From NCBI RefSeq assembly GCF_002105155.1, contig NW_019028991.1, positions 62,001-126,000 on the forward strand: 64,000 nucleotides of DNA. Direction: 5' to 3'. This DNA comes from Lobosporangium transversale. Its lineage: Eukaryota. The notes under the pieces are model-generated. The model had not been told where the DNA came from, did no database searches, and saw only the letters and a list, made by a program, of their open reading frames with translations. Of this stretch, positions 11,543-23,362 are shown piece by piece; the stretch's first letter is position 1; every line of letters begins with the position of its first letter. Made by a program: the position numbers and the translations under genes.

Positions 11543-12670
11543 TTATTGCTTGCTATTGTTATGTCTGCCTTGCTTTTGGGTTTAGACTAATTGTGGGTGA
11601 AATAGAAAATCGGGGCACTAGTGTGTACGGATGTACAATAGTCTTCCAGGGTCCAGCAGCTCTTGTGTAATGTAGGTAAGACAACAAGAATACAAATCTC
11701 CAGCTAGATCCCAGCTTTCGAGTCTAACGGTTTGGTTGCGCCTGAGATCAATGAGCAGATAAAATATGAGCTGTGCAGTGCTTGGATTTCTGAGTATATG
11801 AAGGAGAGGAGAGATAATGAAAGAAAGAAAAAGGGATGAGTGCAGATCTTTTATATTGTAAGGATGAATGATTGATTATAGCAGCAAATATTGAACATTT
11901 GTTACCAGAAAAAAAAAAGTTGACTCAGCTCTTGACACCGAAAAGATGAAAAGAGCTAAAATATAACCCAGAATGTGGGAATTAGACGTGGTTGATGGGT
12001 GATGTGCATGCCCTGCTTGCATGTAAACAGGAGAAGAGTGCATGGGCGTATTTTTTGAAGTGTATTGAGTGGTGCAAACCATCAGTCCCCCCCCTTGAGA
12101 TACGTCTCAGGGTATACACAAAAACTTTGTTTGTTTTGTGACAAATAAAGAGTTGTTGCAATCACTGCAGTATAAGGGAATCATACTTTTTCGCCCTTAT
12201 GCCTATTGACTCTTTTTTTTTTTTTTTTTTTTTTTTTGAAAATTATCTTCCATATTCTAAACTGCTAGAAACTCTTAGTGTAATTTTTACATCGAAGCAC
12301 CAATGTGTAAATATGTCGATCTAGTTGCTGATCCCATACACGTCCGAGAGATTGACTCATAGTTATTTTGAGGCGTACATATCCAGTTCATGTCATACGG
12401 ACAATAGAGTTGCATGATTTTCCTAGGACAGTTATTATAACGGTTTTAATGAGCTCAATCTTTCGAAAGATTCTTATCTTACTAAGGTTTGAATCAATCA
12501 AGCAGTAAAGGCAGTAGCCGCATAGAACTATTTAGCACCTCTTTAACAATGTGAAACTTACTTCTTTACACTAGCACAGCTCCAACAGAAATGACAATAT
12601 AAAACGTCAAAACAATCAACAATGAGATTTCTTTCGATGAATGATAGACACGATTGCAATGCAGGCATCC

Positions 12671-12707
<37 letters not shown>

Positions 12708-13524
12708 TCTTTTTCGGATCATTTTCAAGGTTTAAAAATGAAAAGATCTCCCCTTTACTTCAACCTTAAGCGCTTGATTGTTTCACCGATTGGAAATCTG
12801 ATTTCTGCTCAATAAAAGTTAACTCAAACTATGTCGTCCTTAGTTAGTAAAAAATTACATTCCCCCCTTTTCATATTCCGTAGGCAAACCGACAAATACT
12901 GCATATGACCGCTGCATCATTAGGAAACACAAGGCATCTTACTGGATCAGGGAAATAGTAAAGTCAGGAAGAAGTCCTGATGAGAAACATTGCATTTTTT
13001 TTCCGACCAACGTTGTTGTCGAGCATTTCGTCTTTGATCATTACTGTCTATTATAGTAATTGAAGCGCGTCCTTAATATGAACATTGGGATGGTTCTGTG
13101 ACTAGTTTGAAATTTTTAGGGTCTGCAACGAACAAAGAGCATGCAGGGGGACCTTCGAGATGCAGGAAATAAACATTCTCTAAATGCCACTCTTCCTCAT
13201 TATTGAAAACTACTTGACTTGTTTTAGCTTGGATACGCAGGCAATGTACTGAAACGGTATGCTTTTTTAATGGAACTTACAATTCCAAAGAACACATGAA
13301 GGCTTATATCGTTGATATCCCTTTTCCCTTGGGCCAATCACAGAAGGTCTGACTACAATAAAAAATAAAAATAAAAAAAAATAAAAAAAAGTGGCCATGA
13401 GAAAGAGAACGGGCCTAGAAACATCTCTTTCACTCATTCGCAACTGTTCATCATTCATCATTACTGTTTCCAGGCTCGCTTACATGTTCATTCGTTCTCC
13501 GTTATACGCCACACTCATTACTAC

Positions 13525-13612
13525 CAAGTAGCTCTTCTCTACTCTACTCTGCTCTAGTCTACTCCATCCTACTCTATTCCACTCTATCCTACTCTAATCC
13601 ATTCTACTCTCT
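13525..13612. repeat. Degenerate (CTACT/CTATT)n pentamer repeat
   Basis: Visible 5-nt periodicity: ctctactctactctgctctagtctactccatcctactctattccactctatcc. Confidence 0.6.
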
Positions 13613-14281
13613 TTCGCTGTCTCCTTGTTCTGGCACTTCTTTTTCCGTCATTCATTACGAGGTATGAGTATACATATAAGCTTTACGAACTTGTATTAAA
13701 CCAAGAACTTAATGGATCTAATGGAACACAAAAAAGAACACAGGACATATTTTCCCAAATCGAGCAAATGATAAAGTTTCTACGGTTTCATACCACGTGA
13801 GGATTTCTCATGTTGCCTTTACTGCTTTTCTTCAATTCTAACTGTTCAAACAGAATATAGGAGAGAACTCCTATTTTTGAACTTAGCGCTCCTGTCATAC
13901 CCATGATTAATAAGTATCTTCCTTCTCTTTTTTTTCTTATAAAATCAATCTTGTTGTCTCCGGCAATTGTTTTAAAACATTTGCAGCACCCAACTTCTGT
14001 CTATGCATCCAGACACAATCAAGCTTATACCACCCTCAAGCAACAGTAAAATACAGGATATAGACCCCTTGCAAACCCCGGAACAAGATTGCAAAAAAAA
14101 AAAAGAAAAAAAGAGTTCAATTTGATTACAAACCATTCATTATCAGTTTACCTATTGTTATCTTCCTATCTGCACCAGCATAGGCTTCTCAGCCTCAGCC
14201 TCAGCCTCGGCTTCAACACCTGCTTTCCTCTTCTCAACAACAATCACATCTTCTTAAAGCACTTATACCCTTTATCCTGAT

Positions 14282-17056
14282 ATGCTTGAGAGCATGTCTG
14301 CATTATCTGAAGCCCAGGCTTTTGGTATCCCTTCTCCTTCAGGGAACGGAGCTTTTCTTAATAGTATCAATCTACCAAGACAAGCATCCCAGATAGAGGA
14401 CGATATATCAATCCATAGCCATGTATCCAGTCTTAACGACCCGAGAGCAACCAATACAGTTGTCAAAGATATTACTTTTTGGGGCGGACTCAGTCTCTTA
14501 ATCTGTAATACAACAGGTCCTGGTGCTACCAGTTTGCCACTAGTGGCGCAAAATGCTGGATGGGTGCCCACTCTCATTGGTTTCCTGCTTGTCGGGCTGC
14601 TAAGCTACCTTAGCTGCATGTTCATTTGTGAAGCCATGGCTGAAGTCCCAGGAAATGATCATTTTCAAGCCAATGTAAGTTTTTTTACGCATAAGTTTAT
14701 TCAGACATTTTTTTGTGTGAATCCTCCGTCTATTACAAAATACATATCACTCATATGACAAGTGCCATTAAAAGAGATTGGAATGAATCTGGCTCCAAGT
14801 AGCTGGCGCTGACTCTGGAGCCTTGAGACTCGAGGATCTTATCCTTTATTGGCATACCTTGCCTTTTACGGCGAAGAGGGAGTGGGCCTAGGCAAGTGAC
14901 GTGGTATGGAGGGTTAAAGTTCTTTGATATTATGGTATAAATTGATCTACTACCCTCTTCCTCAACTTCCTCGTCTATGGTCTTTATGTCATCCTCCATG
15001 ACTCTTTCCGAGTCCCAGTCAACAATAGTAAAAGCCATTCCATCACTTTCTGGGGGACGTGGTGTTATTTGATTCATCGGTATGCTTGAAAATGTTTAAA
15101 GGCCTAGGACTCAATGGGTGGGATGTGTAGAATGGGAGAACGGGGAATCCTACGTAATGTTGAAGCACGAATCGGTTTCACTTGGCCAATAAGGAGTGTT
15201 TCATAACCATTATTTTGTAGATCGCGAAAAAGCTGGAATACCATTGTTCCGGAATCAGTCAAAGATAGCATTTTTACTGACAGTAACTCCTCATTTCATT
15301 ATTTTTCATTATTACGCATGTATAATGTAGGTCGAATTCTCAAACCTAGTATTCGCATTCTTTGGCAGAAAGTATCAGATTATTGTCCAGCTTATCTGCT
15401 TCTTTGCTATGCAGACAACTATTATTGCATCGATTGCCATTTGCGCTCAAGTATTCGATAATCTTTTAATATGTCTGTTTCGCAAGACTTGTGGCGTACA
15501 GATATATCCAAGCATAACACTGATCTGCGCCACGGAGCAATTACCATCCGCCAGTCCTTTTTCTGGTGTAATGATTATAAGCACTGGGGCTTTGGTGGCA
15601 TTCGTCTTGGTTATCCCTCTTTGCCTTATGAACTTGAGTGAGAACATCTGGTTGCAAGCCGGTTCCTGCATTTTGATTTTACTGATATTTATCCAATGGT
15701 TTGTGACTTTTTTCCAGCATGGATTAGTGCTGGCACGCGTTCCAGCAATAGGCTCAGACATATCTCAGACATTTGGATCGATTTTATTCAACTATGCGTT
15801 TGTGGCGTGCGTACCGTCGTTAGCCAACGCCAAAAAGGCAAATGTTTCGTTGCATAAAACTATTGGCACCAACGTGTCGCTCATGACCACTATATTCATA
15901 CTTGTGTCTATTCTTGGAGCCATGGCATTTGAGATCCCTACTAATTCAACCCTGGTTCAAGCCATTACCTCGTCGCCCGATGTTTCTTTACTTTCACGAA
16001 TTGCTGGCTTTACTTTCCCGGTCGCTGCTCTGATCACCTCTATTCCTGTTAATATGATTGTACTGCGATATAACTTGATTCAGTCGAGGGCTTGCAGTAA
16101 CAGATGGGCTAAGATCTTAGCCGGATGCATACCCTGGCTTTTTGCTATTCCTGGGATGACTGGTTCACTCCTTATGACAATTGTTGATTGGAGTTCGCTT
16201 TTTTTTGTCTCCACAGCAAACTTTGTGATTCCATTTATACTCTTCATTCATTGTAAAAGACTGAAGAAGAGAAAGCATAAGCTTGCAGTGGTCGATGAAG
16301 AAAAGGAAGCCGAGGCTAGCAAGGGCTCGGCAACAACAGCTATTACTGATTTGACTATGTCGCCAGAGGAGAAGGAGCTTACAATCTGGGGACGACTGAC
16401 ACTGTGGTGCGAGCGCCGTACATCTAGAACATCGGTGCCGGAGAAGTTTGGTCAATGCCCTAGCCTTGATTCGCTTGGGGCAACTAAAGAAAAACACGAC
16501 GCTACTAAAATTGCTATCACTGGAGGAGATCCAGAGACAAAGGGTGATGGGGCTACTATAGTGTCTTCTCCAACTCAACCCCGGGACTCTCGGGCTTGTA
16601 CTAATGAGATTGAGGAAATCCTGCCTCCATTCCTGAGTGGGAACAATTATATGATCCCTGGACTTTCCAGGATTCAATCTAAATTGGTATTGGATGATTG
16701 TCTTTTGAGGCCAACCGGCTCAGATTTATCGCTGCAATGGCCTCGACCTGCTGAGGTATCTTCCCAAGAGAGTGTTAGAAGCGAAGGGGCACTGAGCAAG
16801 GTGGTAGACATGGAGGATGAATTGCCTCAACATCATGGAGATCTTAAAAGTCAATTGAAGATGCGTGCTGTCCCTCGGTGGATCCCTGGCTCAGGGGTTG
16901 CTGTTGCATGGGTTGCCTTGTTTATCATGCACGTTGGCATTATCATGACAATCATGTGTGTATTATTCATATTGAATCTCCCAATTATTTGACAGTTTTA
17001 TTATTTCCTTTACTAACTGTGTTTTTTTTTATAGTGTCAAGATTGTGCAGTTATAA
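14282..17056 (+). CDS. Amino-acid transporter (Aa_trans/AAAP-like). Exons 14282-14674, 15331-16955, 17035-17056; about 679 aa
   Basis: TM1 motif ITFWGGLSLLICNTTGPGATSLP, FGSILFNYAF and about 11 TM segments. GTAAGT..TAG first intron; the last intron has a TACTAAC branch site at 17011. Total 2040 nt in frame. Confidence 0.85.
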
Positions 17057-17485
17057 GGGAGCTATTTTGAAGTAAAAAAGCTTAAAAAGTTTAAGTTTAA
17101 TATAAAAAAAAAAGGACCATGCATGAACCATTGCACACCAATCAGAATTTTTTAAAAAATGAGGCAGTCTTTTTTCTTTATGGTGAGGCAAATAGGTATA
17201 TTTGAAACTATATAATAATCAGCTTTCAAAAGAGAAATGAAAGAAAAAATGAAATGAAGCAAAGTAAGGAAAACAAGACAACGTAACTTTTTTTAAGGTA
17301 AAAGGAGGGGGTATAATCTATGTCATTCATAGATGCTTGAGGGCAACTAGTAAATGGAATGAAGATAAAGATGAAGAGGGAAAGGAAAAGAAAAGTATAA
17401 TAACTATGATGTCTGTAAGAAATGATGAAAATGGAGTGAAGATGAAAAAGTTTAAGAAAATAAAAAAAAATAAAAAAAAAAAAAA

Positions 17486-20200
17486 TCACTTTTTACGTTG
17501 AGAAAGAGCAGGCTGCGACATCCGTCGGCGCTTCTTCAGCCCATCCTCCTCATCGCCATACTCGAATTGATGGGTATGGATTGATAATGACGATATTGGG
17601 TAACTCTGCGTATAATCTACAGGAAAATCCAGACCCATGCCAATCAAGGCTCCTGCCTCATGTGTTGTTGCTGCTGCTGCTATTCCAGCAGACCCATAAA
17701 TACCATTACTGGTCAAGAGATCGCCTGCAGCAGAAACTGTTGCTGCGGTTGTTGAAGTTGCTGTTACCGCTACTGCAGCTGCAGCTGCAGTAGCACTGAT
17801 AGAAGACCTAGCATTGACTACGAGGCTAGAGACAGAATTCACATTGCTGTCGCTGTGGCTACGAGCCTTTGCCAAATCAATTTCTCTCCTCAAAGACGTC
17901 GAGATCTTCTTGCCCATTCGGTTCATCACTTCATCCAGAGGCTTTGCACGATAGGAGCTAACTTCATAGTGGATCTCTGTCCCGTTGATCATCTTGATCT
18001 GTCCAATAGTTCCAACCTCTCGACAGATCGAGTCCATAGGCGAGAGATTGATGTGTCGCGTCACAGCATCCCGACGCGACAGATTGGACTTGCATCCAAC
18101 ACAGTTCCACAGGAGCTTTTCATGAATCGATTCCATATGGCGAGCTAAGACTGCTGGCCCCGCGAAGCATTGTCCACATTTTGAACATTGATGCGTGGGT
18201 GAGGAAGTAGAGACTGGAGTTGAAGTGGAGGCGGCAGTAATAGAGTTTGAATTGGAGGTAGACATCGGGTTAGGTGATGAAAGCCTATTGCTATTGCTAT
18301 TGCTATTGCTATTGTTAATGTTACTATTGTTACTATTATTATTATTGTTCGTAGTTGATTCCCGAAGTGTCGACATTCGTCGTTGAGAAACATTTGAGGA
18401 CGTAGAAGAGGTGGAAGACTTGCGCGAGCGGATGATGAAGTTAGAAAAGTCATTTTCGAGTCTACGGATACGACGTTCTGGAACATATCCTTCAGTTGGA
18501 GTACATGCAGAGCTGTTGTTGGTATTGAATGAAGGAGAGTTGGGACGGGATGAATTGCAGGGGGAGACGCCTCCCCATATTCCACCACTATTGCCTCCAT
18601 GTTCAGTATTCGAATACGAAAGTGAAGGAGACATGGATGCAAATGAAGGGGTTGAGGAGCCTGATGTAAGGCAAGATTCAACTGGGGACCAGGGATAAGC
18701 GTGCACTTGAGCTTGAGACTGAAGTTGTGCTTGAGCTTGAGCAGAACCCATGCTGGGGGGAAGCTGATGAATGTTGTTAACGCTCCCTACTGAAGGGGTA
18801 GAAGCATTATCAGTCGTATTGTTGGATGAGTTCGGTTGTTGTGGGTATATGGATGCAAAACCTGGCTCGAATGATGTCATTATCTGAAGCTGTTGCTGGT
18901 GGGGCCCAGTTTGCTTGACAGGCTGGGTTTGGCATTGCTTGGTGCTTCCTTCCTGGAGTGCAGCGTTATCGCTACCACAAATACTGCTGCTTTTAGAATG
19001 CATACCGCTCTTAGTAATGGAGTTGGCAGTATCAACAGTAGGTGCAGTGTTCTGTGTCTGCATGTTGGTATCATTGGTCCATGTGATACCTGAGGGTGTT
19101 GTCGGCGTTGTTGTTATCGCTGGTTGGCTGGGTTTAATGGGAGCAACGATTAAATGAGCTTCAGTGGACTGTGCGGCGGACGAGACTGCAGTGACGCCAA
19201 TGTTCCATGAGGCAAATTGAGAGTAATCACTCGAATGGTTATTGTTGCGCGCAATCCCCTGAAACCCATTGGATGAAAAAGTCACATATGACGGCGTGGG
19301 GTTATTATTCATGTAGTTTTCATTTGTTTTGAGAGCAGTGCCCGTCTGCTGCTGTTGCTGCTGCAGGAGGTGTTGTTGTTGTCCGTTTTGTTGATTTTCC
19401 TGATGGTCGGGCTGGACTAGCAGATAGTGTTGGTTTGTCATCATACAGCCCATGACAGAGGATGAAGCTGATGATCCTGTAGCTGCTGCAATCATTGCAG
19501 GAGTGCGCTCAAGGGCTTCTATGGGCGCGAATATGGGCAGAGAAGATGTGGGCGAGGAGGAGGAAGAGGAGGAGGAGGAATAGGGTGAAGACGTGAAGAG
19601 TAAAGACGAGTTACTATTGTTGCCGATATTGTTGCTGATTGTGTAGTTATCCACTGACGACGTTGAGTATTGATGGATCACTAGATTATTGTTGTAGTTG
19701 TTCTCACTATGGCTAATTGGACTGCTACTATTACTGCCTCTTATTGAGCTGTTGGTATAATTGGAATGATTTGGAATATTTACATTCCTGTTGTTTTTTG
19801 GAGTTGTTGTTATTGCTGTCGTTGCTGGTGTGATAGCCGCAGTAGTGAGCTCTTCAAATGACATGGATATGGATTCCAACCCATTCGGTCCACGAGGAAC
19901 CGAGACAAGAGACGATTTCTTCGCGTTTCCAATAACGCTGTGTTGTTCTACGCCGTCGTTCGGAGTTGGAAATTGGAATGAGAGGCCATTTGAAAAATAG
20001 TTTACATCGGTGGTTGTACCTGGATGAATAGCCTCACAGGCATTCGAAACCATAGGATGATGCTGGTGCTGGTAGTTACCATCATTAAAAGCTCCATGGC
20101 CCAGGCTATAGCCCGGTTGGTATTTGGCAAACTCTTCATTGTCAAACCCCATCCCTACAGCCTGCATTGAAACGATAGGCTGGCGCGTGTAGTGAGACAT
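17486..20200 (-). CDS. Zinc-finger transcription factor A (C2H2 + C2HC), 904 aa, intronless, low-complexity N/Q/S-rich
   Basis: Long ORF containing CSKCGQCFAGPAVLARHMESIH and CVGCKSNLSRRDAVTRHINLSPMDSIC. C-terminal NLS KKRRR. Confidence 0.9.
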   Translation of the reverse strand: MSHYTRQPIVSMQAVGMGFDNEEFAKYQPGYSLGHGAFNDGNYQHQHHPMVSNACEAIHPGTTTDVNYFSNGLSFQFPTPNDGVEQHSVIGNAKKSSLVSVPRGPNGLESISMSFEELTTAAITPATTAITTTPKNNRNVNIPNHSNYTNSSIRGSNSSSPISHSENNYNNNLVIHQYSTSSVDNYTISNNIGNNSNSSLLFTSSPYSSSSSSSSSPTSSLPIFAPIEALERTPAMIAAATGSSASSSVMGCMMTNQHYLLVQPDHQENQQNGQQQHLLQQQQQQTGTALKTNENYMNNNPTPSYVTFSSNGFQGIARNNNHSSDYSQFASWNIGVTAVSSAAQSTEAHLIVAPIKPSQPAITTTPTTPSGITWTNDTNMQTQNTAPTVDTANSITKSGMHSKSSSICGSDNAALQEGSTKQCQTQPVKQTGPHQQQLQIMTSFEPGFASIYPQQPNSSNNTTDNASTPSVGSVNNIHQLPPSMGSAQAQAQLQSQAQVHAYPWSPVESCLTSGSSTPSFASMSPSLSYSNTEHGGNSGGIWGGVSPCNSSRPNSPSFNTNNSSACTPTEGYVPERRIRRLENDFSNFIIRSRKSSTSSTSSNVSQRRMSTLRESTTNNNNNSNNSNINNSNSNSNSNRLSSPNPMSTSNSNSITAASTSTPVSTSSPTHQCSKCGQCFAGPAVLARHMESIHEKLLWNCVGCKSNLSRRDAVTRHINLSPMDSICREVGTIGQIKMINGTEIHYEVSSYRAKPLDEVMNRMGKKISTSLRREIDLAKARSHSDSNVNSVSSLVVNARSSISATAAAAAVAVTATSTTAATVSAAGDLLTSNGIYGSAGIAAAATTHEAGALIGMGLDFPVDYTQSYPISSLSIHTHQFEYGDEEDGLKKRRRMSQPALSQRKK

Positions 20201-20779
20201 GGATGGCTGACTCTCTTTTTTACAATTGTAACCTTATAAAATAAATTGGTAAAGCTTGTTTAAGAACAAAAATCTTGGTAATAGGGGTTTTTTAAGAGGT
20301 GAGGATAGTGATGAAGGACGATCGTGCGCTTTTTTTTTTTTTTTTTTTTTTTTTTCCTTCTTCCTTTTAAGGTTTCTGAGAACAAAATGACAGCAATGTT
20401 TGTAGAAGCGTTCGGAGTATAAGAGAAGAGGGTGGAAAGAAAAAAGAGGTGAGAGGATCAATGGATCAATGACGCTACTGGTTGCTGAGTGAAGAACAAG
20501 GAGCGAGGGATAAAAGGGTTCAAGGAGACGAAGGAGATAGAAATGAGGAGGAAGAGGAGAAGAGAAAGAAAGTGAAAAGAGAAATAGTAAAAAAAAAAAA
20601 GAACAACCTTTTATCAAGTCGGAAAAAAAAATTGTGCCCTGTGTGGGACGAAGCTATGGGTAGATCATAGGGAAAATAGAAGGGGGGAGAAAGGAAGAGC
20701 AAGGGAAGCAAGAGAAAAGGGTAAAGATGAAGAGGTAAAAGGAAAAGAGAGAAATGAATTGAATTGAGGGATATGGATG

Positions 20780-20815
20780 GGTCAGGTCAGGTCAGGTCAG
20801 GTCAGGTCAGGTCAG
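20780..20815. repeat. (GGTCA)7 microsatellite about 580 bp upstream of TF A
   Basis: Seven perfect pentamer copies. Confidence 0.9.
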
Positions 20816-22555
20816 AGCAACTTTACCCATGCTATGGGTCAAAAGAAGAAAAAAAATTTCTAATATCGAGAGCATCGAAGGCTCGCGCTCTTTAGTTTTC
20901 CGGTGTTCCATTCTATTGCTATTCAATCACTCTTGGGCTGCATATGACAGGCAAGACAACAGAGAGGCGGAAAATGAATGGACTAATCTATCTCTTTTCT
21001 TTTTTTTTTTCATGACACATTCACACACAAACACATAAACACCCCCCATCCCAACTTGCCTTGCATGTTGGTCTGTACTTCATCCGGATCATATTAGATG
21101 GAAAAGCATTCCATATACTCTTTTTAAATTAGGGTCCTCGTAGTACCTCAAGCAATTGAATCAGTAATCAACATTGGAATAATGAACATATTGATGTTTT
21201 TTACACCTATTTGCTCCTACAATTAGACATGGTTTCTGTTCTCAGGACAATAAAAAAGGTTACTGGACGTATTCAATGACTTCTTTTATCAGCCAATCAT
21301 CCTGTTTTTTCTTTTTTTGCGATGCTCATCTAATCGCTTCTTTCTTTGTGGTGTTGTTTCCTTATGGCTTTTTAATGGGCCCCTTACAAGCATTAAGAGC
21401 ATTTATTTATTATTTTTTTTCTTTTTCTTTCTTTTTTTTGCTTTTCATTCCTTCTTCTTCTTCTTCATTTCTTTCAACCACATTTCCATTTCTGACGTCA
21501 AGCGAAGCTCATTAATTGTTCCTGTCTCGCGTGACTAAGGAACAAAGATGAATGGATCGCCTCCCGTCTGGCGATCAGAAATTAAGACCGTTTCAGATCG
21601 ACAAACCTTCTGTTCGTTACGTTCGCAGTTTAGTCCGTTCAGATTACCCATTATTCGGCTCATTGAGGTATCCTGGAAGTAGATCAAATTCTTGTCCCTG
21701 AAAAAAAAAAAAAAAAAAAAAAAAAAGACATAGATGCCTCTCCATTGTTAAGGTTATGTTCAGCGCGTCTGGGCCAAAAGATGTTACTTAATTTTTTTTT
21801 TTTTACTAATTACTCTGCGCATCAACCACAGGAGTAAGGAGATGTGAAACTTTTCACTGTTGAAGTCAGTCAAAAAAAAAAAAAAAAAAAAAAAGTCTAG
21901 CACGATCGAAATCTCGTGAAGTATTTTTCCTCGATTTTATATATATTGCAACGTGGGCATTCTTTACTCCTGTCAATTTAAAAACGGTGTGGTTACACAA
22001 AGTTACAATGTTTATTTGTGCTGTTCCTCTCTTTTTACTGTTCCCCTCCCTTTTTTCCTCTTTTCGTCTCCTTTTTCCAGGGTTTATTTTCCATACACAC
22101 TGCACTGCATGTTAAACACATTGCATCCAGTGAACACATTTGCACAACAACTGCACAGGCGACAAACATTCAGCATTCAATTGTACAAATGGGAAAAATG
22201 ACTGGTTTTCTTAATTGTGCATTGCACTGCAGACTAATAAAAAAAAAAAAAAAAAGAGTTGCTTCCTGTATGAAATGAAAATCGCCTATCCATCCGAGTT
22301 TATACATTCACTGTCACACTTATACTCGCCCAAACACACGTCTACACATACTTCTCTTTCCAACATTAAAGTTGTACATCTAAACTAGTAACAGGTTGCA
22401 ACATTCATTCTATTGTGTGCCAAAATTCATTCTATCGTGTGCCGCCTTCGATAGAACTGAAGGACTTTTTTTCTTTTTAGAAAGTCAAGTGTGTAAAACA
22501 AAATAACTGTGGCATCTTTTTTTTTTTTAATCTCACATTCAGAGAGTGTGGGAGA

Positions 22556-22603
22556 CAAAAATAAAAAAATAAAAAAATAAAAAAATAAAAAAATAAAAAA
22601 AAT
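22556..22603. repeat. A-rich (AAAAAAT)n tandem repeat
   Basis: Direct reading of the sequence. Confidence 0.75.
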
Positions 22604-23329
22604 CTTGGCATTATATGTCTACGTTCCTCTTCTGATTATCACCCTTTCTGCGATCAATAAAGCTTCGAGATGTTAGACTCTTTATTTTCCCTTTACATAA
22701 AACAGTAAAGAGATAAACATGTGCTGGTTCATTAACCTCGATCTTTATAATTTTTGAATAACGAATATATTGACAGTCAATCTATTTGTTTATTGTGCAT
22801 GGGTAAACTATAAAAGAGTAAAATCAGCCAATCAATCATGGACGCATACATTGGACTGTAGCCAAATGAACTGGATCCGATATATTACGAGCCATTAACA
22901 GTTCATGTACATAGAAAAGCCTAGCCTCAAGAGTTCCACAAGGTTTTTTGTGGAATGTGAAGAGAGTAAGGTATTATATATATATATATATACATGCGCT
23001 TTAGGGATCATAGAAAGGTGTATAAAAAATATATGTATTGAATAATATAATATAATTATATATATATAATATGTGTGTGTATACATCAATGAAAATACGC
23101 GTGTGCGTACTCATTTAACTTCCTTCTCATCCGAGCTTGATTTCCATTTATGCTAGGGCCACCCTTTTAGAGTTTTATTTTATCTCCATGCATCACATAC
23201 ATGAACTGCACACTTACAATGTGAACATGTGGAGATTGTGTCTCTACGTCGTGATTAGACCAAAAAAAAAAAAAAAAAAAAAAATGCAGGAGGCATTGTA
23301 AGACGTCAATTCCGAATATGCTTCTAGAC

Positions 23330-23362
<33 letters not shown>

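Noticed and set aside
178..17056. Metabolic gene cluster (DGAT1, carrier, MFS, amino-acid transporter)
   Set aside because: There is no backbone biosynthetic enzyme or shared pathway; this looks like an ordinary gene neighbourhood.
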